From the NCBI GenBank assembly GCA_964188305.1, contig OZ076889.1: 64,000 bases of DNA. One strand, 5' to 3'. The notes under the pieces were generated by a model. That model was given only the letters and a program-made list of their open reading frames with translations, ran no database searches and was not told where the DNA came from. This document shows, piece by piece, positions 63,820-64,000 of this stretch (positions are counted from its first letter, which is position 1; every line of letters begins with the position of its first letter). A program made the position numbers and the translations under genes. This stretch comes from Podarcis bocagei. Taxonomy: Eukaryota.

Positions 63820-64000
63820 AGATAGGTAGCCGTGTTGGTCTGTCATAGTCAAAATAAAAAAATTCCTTCCAGTAGCACCTTAAAGACCAACTAAGTTAGT
63901 TCTTGGTATCTGAAGAAGTGTGCATGCACACGAAAGCTCATACCAAGAACTAACTTAGTTGGTCTTTAAGGTGCTACTGGAAGGAATTTTTTTATTTTGG
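63820..64000. mobile_element. Penelope-like element terminal repeat pair (inverted) containing a minimal hammerhead ribozyme motif
   Basis: Perfect 60-bp inverted repeat (63850-63909 / 63940-63999) enclosing CTGAAGA-A-GTGTGCATGCACAC-GAAA-GC-TC. Confidence 0.78.

Overview
Vertebrate DNA, most likely a squamate (lacertid-type lizard, judged from Sauria SINEs and associated MITEs). The window holds the 3' half of DLGAP4 (SAPAP4/GKAP-family postsynaptic scaffold) on the + strand. A CpG-island promoter at ~10.3-11.5 kb carries a short coding first exon (MALCLELFKQ/C, 11542-11572). It splices across ~40 kb to six clustered exons (51461-58913), giving a 452-aa short isoform that ends in the PDZ ligand -QTRL, followed by a long TE-free 3' region. 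A second intronic CpG island (~26.0-26.9 kb) carries another candidate first exon. Introns contain Sauria SINEs, hAT and Tc1/mariner-type MITEs with clear target-site duplications (TSDs), LINE remnants and Penelope-like fragments with hammerhead cores. The most interesting candidate is an unannotated-looking alternative exon at 54769-54804. It would end DLGAP4 in RKRKKRKCAAF*, a polybasic CaaX prenylation signal, and is followed by an RBFOX motif cluster and intronic AATAAA signals. Most other ORFs in the supplied track are spurious. Gene and repeat-family names come from recalled sequence resemblance, not from database searches.
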